A stretch of DNA of 64,000 bases from Spongospora subterranea f. sp. subterranea. Its lineage: Eukaryota. This document shows, piece after piece, positions 36,620 through 55,659 of this stretch (the stretch's first letter is position 1; each line of letters opens with the position of its first letter). A program made the translations under genes and the position numbers. Below the pieces are notes generated by a model. The model searched no databases and was not told the DNA's origin. It saw nothing but the letters and a program-made list of their open reading frames with translations. The DNA is taken from contig JAUGWO010000060.1 of assembly GCA_049724395.1 (NCBI GenBank), forward strand, positions 62,001 to 126,000, in the 5' to 3' direction.

Positions 36620-39600
36620 GCCTGATCACGTAAGCGTAGCAACCAAACATTGTGGAGGACTATCTGGTTTCTTTATAATTATTAATAACGGGTTCACAAT
36701 GCTTGTCATATCCATGCTGACATCGGGAACACCGTCTTTCATCGAAAATGTTGCAACTGAAATTTACGCATGCGCACGTTTTGCAAGGCTTAGCGGAAGA
36801 AACAGAGACAACTGGCAGTGGTAGCCTTGAAACGTCTTTATCAAATGCTAGAACACATCAAACAATCGGTATAAGTAATAAAGTAAAATAGGTTGAATAA
36901 AACACCTAATTTGACGTAATTTGCAGGAAACCATCCGAAATCTCCTGTCTTCAAAAATCCCGACCACCAAATCTCTGATCTGGTGTCTGTCACCTCGACT
37001 GAAATAAAACAGTGTCAGACACACTTTACACCTAGATGCAGGATGATCTTCAAACCTATGTCGCCAATGGAGAATGAAATCATACTGGTTGCATCTGAGA
37101 TTTCCGTAGCAGCTACCACAGATTCTTAGCAGAGTCGCCAACGCATGACGATGCGAACACGCCAATGGTAGACCCAACTTGTCCCTTCCACCAACCGCTG
37201 ATTGCTTAAATTTACAAGCTGACAACATTGAAATTGTAGAACCAACCTGGGATACCGCTCTAAAACAGTTACAAGTTCACCGATTTGAAATGAAAGATGA
37301 AGGAACTCCAAAATTGCAACACTTGGACAGCCCTGTTGATATCCAGAGGCATGATTAAGCGGTGTTGTCTCCTCAAGAACAAACCATCCTGACATTTTCC
37401 AGACTATAAGCTCTGCACTTGCGAAGGAAAACATTTTACCCTTCTCAGAGGTTCTGATATTTTTGCCCCAGCACCATCCGTCGACTTGGAGTTCCTCCCC
37501 TGCAATCAGATCATGTATCTCAAACTGGAGCTCATTAACGTTATTGCTGTTGTGTAGCACATTCGCTCGGGAGTACATAACGCTCATGCTTGGGTGACTA
37601 CATTGCAATGAAGTGGATACGGTGAATATAGATAACTTCGGCAACTGTGACAACCTCGAACCTCGAAGGCGATGTAGACAGTCTGGGCTTAATCACTGAT
37701 CGAGATTTCCGAGTGAGGAATTTAGCGGCCTCATGGGCAAGTACGCTCTGCGATGATGCTCTCTTGTCGCAAAAAACATTGCGTTTCTCCTCAACAGCAG
37801 AATTTTCGTATAGAGCGCAATCGGATTGAAATGATTGCTCATTGCGTGACCGTAAAAGCGAAGAATCTGGCGAGTCACTGATATGATTGCCCGGCTTCAA
37901 CTTGTCGCAAGATGGCGTTTTAACGTGTAACGTTCCCGACGCAGGCGATTCAGTATCCGAACTTTGACGTCGGTAATCACCCCTTGACGTTGTGCTTGCA
38001 GGAGAAACGGTAACCAAAAAATTTGAGGCGCACGAACTGCATCTTTGCACAAGGTTAAGGTTCAGCGAATCGATTATGAAAAACCAGACCTACATTCTGT
38101 CTACGCTTCCTGCAATTGCGTCTAAAGTTGCCCTGAATCGAGAGCATCCGGAGCAAACAAGAGCGCCGCATCTGTATTACATGCCTTACCATCAGCCGAG
38201 TCCACATGAACAATACGTGGTGACAACCTCCGGCAATGATGTCGTCGGCGAAATAAACTAAAATGCACTCGGCAGACTGCACAATGGTTTGAGAAGTCGT
38301 TGGGTTGCCAGATAGGAGCTGCATTTGTCGAAGTAACAGTGGAGCTTGATCTGAAAAATAATTAGCATTCCATACGCAAATAGGGATGACACACCTAGTT
38401 GTTCTGCCTTGGAATTCTTGCATACAGTCTATTATTCGCAGAAGCCACTCAACCTTGTCGGTATGGCTTGGAGCTAACACTGTAAAACTTTTGATCCTTG
38501 ATCGAATTTCAAAAGGAAACTTTAACCCCGTTGAAGGAGCATCCAAAACCTAGTAACATTTATGACCAATTGTGCACACCAGCCATTATAAAAAGTGTAC
38601 CTCGAAGGACGAGTCAATTGGAATTTGGCGATTCAACAGCAGACCGTGACTCGTCCCTGGAGCATTTCGTGCATAAACCAGCAGGTCATTGAACAAGAAA
38701 AACTCTCGAACTTGTTTCTTTGAACGACAAACTTTGGTCAAAGATCCCGTTCGAATAAGCCGCCTGCACGTTATTTCATGAACTTGCAGTGAGGACAGCG
38801 AAATTAACCCACCTAGACGGGGTCAATAATGTAACGTCTCCAATAAAACGGTTTTGCAATTCGAGGATATTAGAGCTCATTTCTCGATCTCGAATGGCTT
38901 CATTGATTTGGACGGATACTGCAGACGCTTGGAGAAACGCCTCTGCAGACACAATCTTCTGACAGACGAACAAAGTGCACATCAAAGGAACTTACTTTGA
39001 ATGTCAGCATAATCAGGATGATCGACGGGTGTGGATAAAGACAGTTCATTAAAGATGAGCTGATATCTATATGCGACTGCATTAAACATGAAGAATAAGA
39101 AGAAAGCGACAACTTTACCTTGGCAGACGTTGAACTGGAAGAATTAGGAAACTCTCCAGAGTATTGCCTTTACATTCGGGTGCAGCTTCCAAACCAGCAA
39201 TTGTTTTAACTATAGAATCTCCCTTCTGCCTAAGTTCGTAGAGCATGCGATTGCCGTCTTCGTGCTGAATGGCGTAAGAGCAATACATACGTAAAAAAGG
39301 AGCTGAACATTACCAGCGCCTGAATCAATAAAAAGCCAACCAGCAAAAAACGATATCGACAAACCAAAAGCTAGAAAAACATCGCCTATTTTTTGGCATT
39401 CACTCCATCGATCCATTCTGGATGAAAGTTCGTCGAGGAATTTTCTATTCAACCCAGCTATGACTTGGGCATTTCGGAAAAGATCTGCAAGAGCCGGAGA
39501 TAACTCCTTAATCCGTGATTCCAAAGGAATTACAAACATCCCAGTTAACACTTCGATCAATTTGACGTATCTGAAAAAGTATCAGACGCATGGAGAATAC

Positions 39601-40780
39601 ATCCTCAGGTACATTACGTTTGCTCACTTCGGAGCAGCTCCTGTGCCAATCGAGTCCGTTTCAATGACTCTTTTGATTTTTCTTCCTGTGCAAAGAATGC
39701 CCTTTTTCCACATTCTTCATCACAAGGTTGGCCAGTAAAAGAATCCACACAATGGGTGACGCTCCCCTCTCTCCCATCTGTTTGACAAAACATATCTAAT
39801 ATCCGCATTTTCGGATCCATCTGCAGCGACAATATGTTTGCGAGAAGGTAGAAATGGGACGGGAAATTCTGGGGCCTTATTTGCCAAAAACGTGAATAAC
39901 AATCTTTGCCAAACACGTGAATAACAATCCTATCTTCGGCAATCGCGTCAATATCGCAATAAATGGTCCCCTAATCGACGTTTCTCAGGAATGACTTGGG
40001 TATCGTGTATGCCGAGAGGCCACATATAGCTACAGTGGCCAAACAAATGCGCTGACAGAATGATGCACATTCCCGCGTCGTTCGCAATCATGCGGTACCG
40101 TAAGAAACCAAATGCCGATTGGGTATTGTGACGATGTTTATCGGTGTGTTTGCTCTGCATATATCAATGACCGCTTTTAGTTTTGCAACTAAATTTTCCA
40201 TATTTCTTCATGGATTCCAGTTGGACCTTTTTCACGGTAATGCTCATTTGCAAGACTGCACAGAAAATCATGGCATTGTTCTCAGCAGCATGCGCAGCGA
40301 GAATTTTATCAGTACATTCATCGACCTCTTTTGACGGTCTATTTCGCTATTTTGATTCGAAAGACAATGTAGTCGCAGATCATTTGTTTGGCAGGCGCGC
40401 ATGGCTTGTTAATCATATGAGTGGGCATACATGATAGTGAATTCACCACAGATTGTGAAGTCAGTGATACAGCCTGACCCGATCCGCGAAATACTGCTTT
40501 CAAAAGCAGATATACCTTAGGGCAAGTATCGCCGCGGTCAATATTCAAACGGTTGAATGCATCCGAAAAATCTTCATGAATCCCGGCCCACAATGAGGCA
40601 CATCGAAGTTGACTATGAGTACATTCCGATGCGAATAGTGCAACAAAACTCTATTCATGTGCGAACAACAGCTGAATATTCGGGTCTGTTGAATTGATAA
40701 GTGCACCTACTGCACAAACTGTAGCCGAGGAAAAACTTGATAAGGTTTCACCTTCATCGTGGAGATGTGTTGGTAACTTG
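36620..40780 (-). CDS. FGD-like RhoGEF: DH-PH-FYVE followed by SH3-like domain(s), multi-exon
   Basis: DH: RTRLAQELLRSEQTY, LFRNAQVIAGLNRKFLDEL, QKIGDVFL, LILPVQRLPR. PH: RLIRTGSLTKVCR...FFLFNDLLVY. FYVE: WQPND..CAVC...RRRHHCR. SH3: NELQFEIHDLI...DGWCWG. Both ends approximate. Confidence 0.82.
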
Positions 40781-40887
40781 TAAACTGAAAGTCTCAATTG
40801 GGAGTGAAACAAGGCGAACGATTTACGAAATATAAATAAATTAATTATCGACAATGGAAGGAACATAATTATATAGTCCCCGAATGG

Positions 40888-41424
40888 TCATGTAGTGAAG
40901 CTTTCGCCACAACCACACATTGCTTTAGCATTCGGATTCTGAAATGTAAATTCAGCCTTGACATCATCTTCTATATAATCCATTGTGGTTCCCACTATAA
41001 ACATCAACGCCTTGCCATCAACAAGAACTGTAACTCCTGTGAAATTTTGCGATCGATTGAACTGATTTTACAGTAAAGACTGTGTGGTGAAATACCATGC
41101 TGATTTACAACTTCATCTGTCGGTGCGATTTGATCTGCATATTTCATTGTATAGGCTTGCCCATTACATCCGCGTCGATCAACCCCTATTCTAACCCCGA
41201 CTCTGAACACCTGTCATCTCCCGAGAAGTTGAATTTCGGCATCATTACATTGTGTCATTGTCAGTGCGTTGAGAAATCAGGGAGCTGATACGATTTGCCG
41301 CCCGTTCTGTTAGCGTAATGGGCGACGCACGAGCTCGTCGCGGTACAGCAGCAAACAAGCGCATCACCGCATTAGACGATGGTGTTGGAAGCGGTATTCG
41401 GCATACCGCTGACGCCCACGACAT
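40888..41424 (-). CDS. ISCA1: Mitochondrial Fe-S cluster assembly protein IscA1
   Basis: Presequence, ITLTERAANRI, GVRIGVDRRGCNGQAYTMKY, VLVDGKALMFIVGTTMDYIEDDVKAEFTFQNPNAKAMCGCGESF; two introns. Confidence 0.95.
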
Positions 41425-41613
41425 GCGACAAATTGGCATTGATCCAGTATCGCACCGTGTACCGTTCACTGGTGTATATATGGCTGACAGTCGAAGCTGC
41501 ACCTCGTGTAGGTGGATACTGATGGCCGGATCGGAGCGGGGTTGACGAACAATATTATTACGCGGAGACAGCGATTTATTTATTTGTATTTTGTACCGAG
41601 AACGATTACTGCT

Positions 41614-44600
41614 TCACCGGATGTCAAAGAAACCATTGAAGTTCAGACTCCTCAGGACGTCACCAACTGCAGAACGGTCATTGGTTGACTGGTGCGATAC
41701 ACGGTTAGGCTTAGCTTACATTCTGATTTCGAACCTGGTCTTGAGCTGATTTGGTGTAACAAGGCAAGAATAAATCGATTTGACGATTCAAACTCTGAGG
41801 ATATTTCATCAAGCTCCCCGGAATTCTACCAAAATCGTTAGCGATATTTTGGGCAAACCCAGCTCAAGAGTCTTAAAGAATACGGATCCGCGCCCCGTAA
41901 GAACTGCTTACAATTAATACGCCATCTATGGTGCTTGTAGAACGCCAAGTTCGAAGTCGTTCTACAAGAGCCAGAATCATGCGAATATGCAGCAGAACAA
42001 CACGCGCAGTACGATGCAGTAGTAATGCGCGTAGCAGATTATCCAGAAACGTGTTGTGAGAATCAACCAGACATTCTAAAATTTTCATAGGAATTACCGA
42101 GATTTTCTGTGTGACAGAGATTCTGCAGAAAACCTGACGGAGATGATGTCAAAATTTTGACTACCTAATGAACAGAACAATAGATCTACTGACCTGATTT
42201 CAAATGCTTTGACATGCGATTACGGATATAGTTATGAAGGTTATTGACGAAGTGCGACATTTTCCATTTTACGTGCAAAAACCGGCGCTCAAGTTCTGCA
42301 TCAAATTCCTTGGCAGGCACAATCGCTGAACGCATCAGCGATTCCAGCGAGGATTTCGCGCAAAGGATTTCAATCAGAAAGGAAAACACTGAGTTGTAAT
42401 GGGCCAAATGCTGCGCCGTAATCGCCAAGGAGCAAGGGTGTGGGACCTAAGCGAACCGTTTACCTAAAAGATTGAGTTCAGATGAGTGCAGTGATCACCT
42501 CAATTTCGATGTAGGGCAAGAAACTGTCAGTAAACGCGACCTTGACCAGAAATTCTTCCCTATCGTCATGGCAGGCATCCAATAACAATTGGGTTAGGCC
42601 TCCTTCATCAATTTCACCTTTAGTCCGTTGCAACGACAACTCTGAAACAAAATCAACATATCGATGTCCAGATTGCATGAAGAAGATGTCTCGGATTGTT
42701 GATAACCAGCCGCACCTAAGTTTTGATGAGAGTTTGATTCAGATGAAAATGCAGCAATTTACAGGTCATATTTATCACGGAGCATGAGGATAACAGCAGT
42801 ATCGATGGAGGCGACACGGTGCATGATGGGAGATATGATCGAATCCGAGATAACCTTGCAGAAGGGGTAGGTAGGAAAATCTACAGGGAGCCCGACTTAG
42901 ATGAAAATTACAGCCGTTATTGAGGATACCATTATTGAAAGACGCTTGAATGCGTTCAAGGAAAGTGTCAGCAAGACTAGGAAGCGATACAACGCATTGC
43001 ATATTCTAAAAAAACGTGACCAGACGAAACGCAGCCACACTGATCAGTTACGTTTGCAGCTTGGATCAGGATGACCATATCGCATGAGCGCTGAATAGAG
43101 TTAGCACTCTCGTGGAATAGCAAAGGAACGCATTCGACGTCTCTCAAAATAACCTTATTCACTCCGGGAACAGACCTGTAGAAGAAATTAGCATAGCGGA
43201 CGGCGGAACGCGAAACGGGATACTCGAGAAAGATGTCTGTTCGACACGTTTCTTGGATGACTCCAGTAAGCATTACGTCCTGAATTCCTTGCATGTATGG
43301 CGCTAAGGTTGCGATAAAAACCGGTAGCAGCACCTGGCGACGTCTGACGTCACACGTGGCAACGGCCATACTCAACGCAGAAGCCAGACTATTTATCAAT
43401 AGGGCAGTGACAGCAGCGGCTACCATAAACCAAAATGAAATTCTGATTCGCTCTATTCAGCAACTTTACCTGAATCTTGGCGTTTATAACGCTCAGTAAC
43501 CGGCGAAAGAATCGGGGCAAACATTTTGACATCAGCGAACACATTCTCGATTAATGAGCAAACCTCCAAAAGTGTTACTGAGAGATGTCGAAATTCAGAA
43601 TTTGCAGTACAAGTTGGGGGCTACTCGAATTACTTTTGGGGTTCGAGGTAACGGACTCCATTAATGATAATCTGAGTCGTGATTGCTCAGTATGCAGAAG
43701 AGCAGCCGATGCCTGTAAACATGGCTGGTATTGACAGGACACGAACACCGAGATAAAATCGTCGATGACGGAAAGACAATCGGCAATCAAGGTAGGACGC
43801 TTGAATACCACCAATAAAAGCGATGCAGAGAAGTTAGGCAGCGACCAATTGATTACAGGTTCCCACTGTGATGGCGATTTGATTATTATATCTCAAATAA
43901 CATTATGAATTTTACTTTCTCCTCAACTCGCTTGAACAAGGGCGATTCAACACCTCCCAGCATAAGAACTGAAAACAATGTCATCGAAGAACGTGTTGCA
44001 TTTATATAAAATACCGCAATAGTATACGACATCCCAATCAGACGCTTCGGGAGATGGGCAAAGCGCTTCACCACTGTAAAAACTGTTAGGAAGAACAGCC
44101 GTATAGCGACAGACGACATACCATGGCAAAACTTGAACAACGGTTGACACTTTTTCTTGATATATTGATTCCATACACTGGGAGAATAAGCTCGGAGCAA
44201 ATGGTGGTGGGAGCGGCGATACTGGCTCCACGTCTTCTATTAACGCATGGGAGAATTTCGCCTTCAACTTTTCGGATAAGTTCATTTTAGTTGGAATCAC
44301 AATATCTTCAGAGGAGTCATAGCACGAAGACGATTCGGTTTCGTAGTCCTCTTCGGTTGAAGAAAGTATTGGGAGAAACACCTCGTCAACAGATTCCGGT
44401 TTACTACTGCAGCAATTATAAAACGGAGATCACAGCTTAGAATAGATACCTTTCGGGATGTTGAAGGCAAGGCAACGGCAGGTACTTTGTGGAATTGGGA
44501 GACACCGATAAACAGCAAAGAAGCCAAAGAATATCGTATTTGTGACTCTAGATCTGAATAAGACTAAAAGCAAAGCTGAGCGTAATGTCTTACATGAACA

Positions 44601-44945
44601 TTGGTCTGAGTATACTTATCAACGCGCTTCCGAAGATCTTCAGCTAACTGAGGATCTCCGCATATCGTGAATTTTTCCACCAATCTGATAAGGATTAAAT
44701 CAATAAAATCACAAACCTGCAGCAGTGGATAGCACCCTCTGACTACGCCGAAAACCACATCGCAATCTGTGAAAGGGAAACCGTGACTGTTGAACGTTTT
44801 CAGGCAGTATTGCAGGCGATCATTTATGTTGAAAGTGGCCCCCTAAATCCATATGAATAATATGGAGACACGGTTGGAGGTCTGATTGGACCTCGAACGA
44901 TTTTATCAACCGTAGCGTTAAGCCAACCCGAACATCATCTGTCAT
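41614..44945 (-). CDS. TUBGCP5: Gamma-tubulin complex component, most like GCP5
   Basis: N-terminal FNSHGFPFTDCDVV..G|LVEKFTICGD is GCP5-like. GRIP2 motifs VPHPCSLAITAQHLAHYNSVFSFLIEI and KMSHFVNNLHNYI; terminal SLNFNGFF. Confidence 0.8.
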
Positions 44946-47218
44946 GTGAAGTTTGTATCACCAGTTTACGATCAATGAAGCCCCAGGAATATTGACAATG
45001 AATTCCAAAGAGTACAGTAATGGCGAATGTTCAATGCGCTATCTGATGGAGTCCATGTTGATGAGGATCAGCGATGCGTAAAAATCGGATCCGGTCTCCG
45101 ACGCAACGGAAACAAACACAGCTGACCTTCGCGCGGACATCACATGGCGCAGCCTGTTTTCCCTGACCAATTCCGACAGTCGAAAGAACAAATGCGTTTA
45201 GCAAAGCGTCATGACTTCCGTTATCGAGAGAGGGTTGATGTTTTCCGCGAAGACTCAACGTCATTCGCGCAGGACTCGGGCATGGTACTGGTCGTCGTGA
45301 AGATCTCATCACTTGCTCGACAACTGATTTTTTTCTCCAAAGCGCATTTAAATGCCCTCAGTAGCTGTGCTGTGGGTTCGACTGGCAATTTGCTTGTCAG
45401 GCAAATTTTCTTGTGACATGTTGCATGCCGGAGGGTGTTTCAAGTAAGATGTTTGTTGATGTGAGGATCCTTTATTCTGATTCCGAATTCCTAATTTGCG
45501 CAATTAAATAATTCCACCAGAGGAGGCCATTGCACCAAAATTTTCGTTATTTGGAACAGCAGCTGTGCTTGCTCATGCCCATCCGTTGATAGTTGATTTC
45601 CAACCCAGACGACAATAGAAAGTGATTTTGATGATGGATGTTGGCAATCGGATGCCGGATTTACCTCTGCCAGACTGTGGAGTGATGAGGATGTTGTTTG
45701 GAGAAGGACTTTCACATCCATCATCAGAGTCTCTTCAAAACATCGGAATGAGCCATCCCTTGTCGCCCGGCAAAGAATCAATCTGATTGTTTTATTAATT
45801 TACATTTCCTGTCGTATTCTCAACATTTTGATGCTTGTCCTGAGGTTGTTCTATTGGGCAAACTTGGTGTTGCTAATACACGTAGTGTTGACTGCTTAAG
45901 TACAGACCATCCAAGGAACAACGACTGTTTGGTTCTGGCATCAAGAAAGGCCGGATGTTTTATGGAGGTGGTTCAGCCGACCACCGCGTTCCACTCCAGA
46001 AGTACGAGTTGCAGCGATGAACCATGAATGTGCGGATTAGCGACTGACGGAGTAAAGCACAAAGAAATCCGAATACAGTATTACACTACGAAGCTTCACA
46101 TTCAACGTGCTCTTTGTGAGCTAACAATCGAAATTGTTCATGAAATTCCAATTAATCGAAATTGTTCCTGAAACTTCAATTCTTTACCTGACCTCAACTA
46201 AGTTCCTTCTAGCCAAAACTGGTTTGATTTATTCGAACCTTAAACGCAAAGAGCATCGCAGACCACCGGGACTGCGCATGCTTACGGCGTTTCACATTCG
46301 AATCCTGTGGGGCGCCATGCGGGAATCAAAGTGCTGGTGAAGGCTGAATCAACGGAAACAGATGATACAACGTCCGAGGAGACCTAAAACCCAGCAGGAA
46401 TCTATGAACGCGCGCCAGAACTAGCCACGGAACGTGAACGGCCGCCTCCAAATTTGTTGCATCCCAAACCGAGTGTATACAGGCTGCAATAAAAGGCGCC
46501 AAACCTGTGATTACGAAAAATTACAGTACTTGAAACCCCATGGACTTGTCCCTCAGGCGCAAGCGAGGAGCAGGCAACGGGCTATAGATTTTGTTATAGG
46601 CGCAGCCTGCGCAGTTCTGTGAACCACGGCTTTTTGGTGATCTAAACCTAAATTCGTTCACAACGTCACTCACGACACCCACACAGGAAGACAACATAAG
46701 GTGTGGGTGAGACACCAGACGTCAAAGATATTGAGTGTTGGGCGCATTGCAACTCTATCGGTGCTCTTTCGAATCTGCACCGGCTCCGCCTAGACAGCCG
46801 CGGACGATTCCAGCCTGTCGCTGGGCTTATACTATCTATAATAATTACATCAACCCTAGCAGCAGCGCGTCACACATCCCGAACTTTGGATGCTGAACCT
46901 GCGTCGATCTACAAGGGCGACGTCCGAAGCGGCTCCATACCTCGACCGCAAGCCCCGTAAATCTGCATCGACCGCGGCCAATATCAATGTTAGTGTGATG
47001 GCTTGTCCTCATCATGACACGTAACGCACTTCGTCATGTCGTTATGTTACACGCAATAGCGCACCATGAGATGCCATCTGGCAGAAATTTCCCTCTGGTC
47101 ACATGGCCTCAAACGCTTTTCGCTTTTGCAAGTTTTTTGTGAATTTTCAGCACTAGTTGTTTTCAATCACGCTAAAGTGATCAATCTGTTTTGATTAACC
47201 GACGCTGCTTTATTGCAG

Positions 47219-53182
<5,964 letters not shown>

Positions 53183-53570
53183 TGCCTTGAACCAATTTTT
53201 ATTAAAAAAAATCAAGATTTCTTTGTTATCAGCTCTTTGGCAGCGTCGATATGATGCTGATTGCTGATCAATAGGTTTCTGTTGGGAATAATTTCGACAA
53301 TTGTTGTTAGATTTAGTGAATATTGATAGTACCAAGTCCGTAAACACAATGTTGGCAGTGTAGGTCTGTGACGAGATACACTTGTCCTGCATTCCCCAGC
53401 CATCGATCCCGTCTCTTATCCATTGGCGCGCTCTTGGGCCTTGTCAGCGTCCAAGACCAACGTGAGAAAAGGCATCCGTCAAGTAGAGCCTAGAGGGATC
53501 GTACAAAGTTAGGGGTTAGCCCCGCATCACTGTGGTCAGGATGGAAGCCCGTCGGAATGCTGATAAGAAT

Positions 53571-54593
53571 ATGAGCGGTGACGCGGTGGCGTTCGCTATC
53601 AACCCGAAACACCCGTTTAAGTCAGTATACAGCATATATTTGTGCATTGCCTGACCATGGCGAAGGGACTTTCAATACAGAGGGTCCTCTAAAGGAACAG
53701 GAATCAAGAAGGATCACGCACGAGAAAATCGTGAACTTATTAAGCAGCTGCAGAGAAAGGCCAAAGAGAAAGCGGAGGAAGAAGAAGCTCGGAAATCGCT
53801 ACCTGTATTTCGCATGAAAAGGTTCGCCGAGGCAGGTTCGAAACTGGGCACGATGCTTAAAGAGGGCACTGTGCCTAAAGAAGGCGTGGAAAAAAAACGG
53901 GACTTTCTTAGAAAAGGTTCCGGTTCTTTACGGCGTTCGCATTCCTCTGAAGGAGAAGCAGGGCCGCATAATTCAAATATCTGTCAGGTTGGATATCATG
54001 GATTCGGGTACTGAGTTTCCGTTAATACGTTCATTAATAGATGGGTTCTCTAAAAATAGGAGAAGGCCCGCCTGCCGGCGAGAAACCCAAGAACTTCATC
54101 AAACATAATCTCAAAACTGTTGTCAACGCGCATCCTCCTAAAGTGAATCACGTTGAGCCTACACCAATCACGCAGGAAATGTGGTTCGGAAGAGTTCCAC
54201 TGTACATCCACAAAAGGAAAGTAGAACTTGCCCAGAAACAAGAAGAAAAGTAGGGATATCGTGCAACGGTCGTCTATAATTAACTATAATACCTTGTAGA
54301 CGATTAGACAAAGAGAAGGAAAAACTTCCTCCAGGGATGACCCTCATGTCGGAAGAGGAGCGCCAGCGGACCGTCGAGTTGCTGTTGCAGAATCAACAGA
54401 AACTGATAGGGCAGCTTGCGAAAATGCCGCTTACTATCGAGACTCCTTCGCTTGTAGAGAAGTAAGAGATTCTTAGACTGTCGATATTGGCTTAGTCAAT
54501 TCTCTTAGGCATAATCAGATAAATGCCAAAATTGAAGAAGTGGAAAGCGCATTAAAACTTTTTAGTCGCAAAAAAGTCTATATAACAGCGTAG
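53571..54593 (+). CDS. ENKD1: Enkurin domain-containing protein
   Basis: KDHARENRELI, FRMKRFA, KNFIKHN, GRVPLYIHKRK, PPGMTLMSEEERQRT...LAKMPL...IEEVESALKLFSRKKVYI. Confidence 0.85.
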
Positions 54594-54693
54594 CAATGTT
54601 GTGATTCATATAAATAAAAAAATACATATTGTTATTACAAATAATGACAGTTACGGGACTACAGGAATGACCATGAGTCTTGAAGATTTGAGT

Positions 54694-55659
54694 TCAGGAC
54701 CAAAACTGAAATACAAGTAAGCCTGCAATATTGCATGAAAAATTGTCAACGTCATACGTTTTTGAAGAAGGAGCGCTGTTTTGTTGATCTCATAGTCGAG
54801 CTTCCTTGCATCAATCGCCGCTTTACAGGAAACTACCAAAATCGATCGGTCGACGCTTAACAAAACGATTCTTGAGTTTTGATTATGAAACGACATATGA
54901 ACTGGCAAGTCGTGCTGGGCGCTCACTATTTACTGTTAGATTTGATTGAAACGATATGAAGTCTGCCCTCTCACTTATGTCACTGGCGATTCCAAACAAA
55001 GCGTCCAGATTTGCCACAACCTACAAAATGTAAGACGACACTGGAAAATAAGGCAAGAATGTGCAGACGTACCCCAACTTTGTCGACTTCATGTGTTGAA
55101 TATAATAATGTATCTCCTGATATGATTAACGCCGTCTGGATACCATGCACAGACGTCAGCATATCCAGCGCAGGCCTGATCGAACTCCTGATGGCATCGC
55201 CGATTTTGTTATTGAAGCCACTGAAATCTTTGAGGTTCGCACTAATTTGAACAAGCTGGGATGAATATTGCTGTACAAATGCACTCAAGATTTCCAGCGC
55301 CAGCAACCTTCCAAATGCAGGACCCTACAGCATGTGATTTAGCGAATACGCCATGTATAAAAGTATTGGCAAACAGAAAAAAAAACTGAATGCGACCTGA
55401 AAAAAAGTTAAAAACCTCTCACGTCTGACTTATCGTAGAATAATGAGCATGAAACTTTGCACTTAGTATCTGACTGGACAGCGACTGCTATGGACTTCAA
55501 TTCGATCAACGAGACGGGAAATCCCGTTCTGATCACCGACGCCTTCAGCATGGCCGTGATAAGGCCGCCGAGAAGGCGTGGCTGCGAAAGGACCGACGTG
55601 AAATCCTTGGAGTAGAGAACGATTCCCGACGACGACACGATGATCAGATTCCGCAGCAT
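54694..55659 (-). CDS. Longin-like domain plus roadblock-like domain protein, 5 exons
   Basis: MLRNLIIVSSSGIVLYSKDF...LLGGLITAM...LEILSAFVQQY..F.GF is longin-like. LDMLTSVHGIQTALIISGDTLLYST is roadblock-like. Confidence 0.6.

Noticed and set aside
45031..46715. Short ORFs between GCP5 and CHD
   Set aside because: No coherent exon chain or recognisable motif could be built
53507..53520. TTAGGGGTTAG telomere-like motif
   Set aside because: Fewer than two full units; expected by chance
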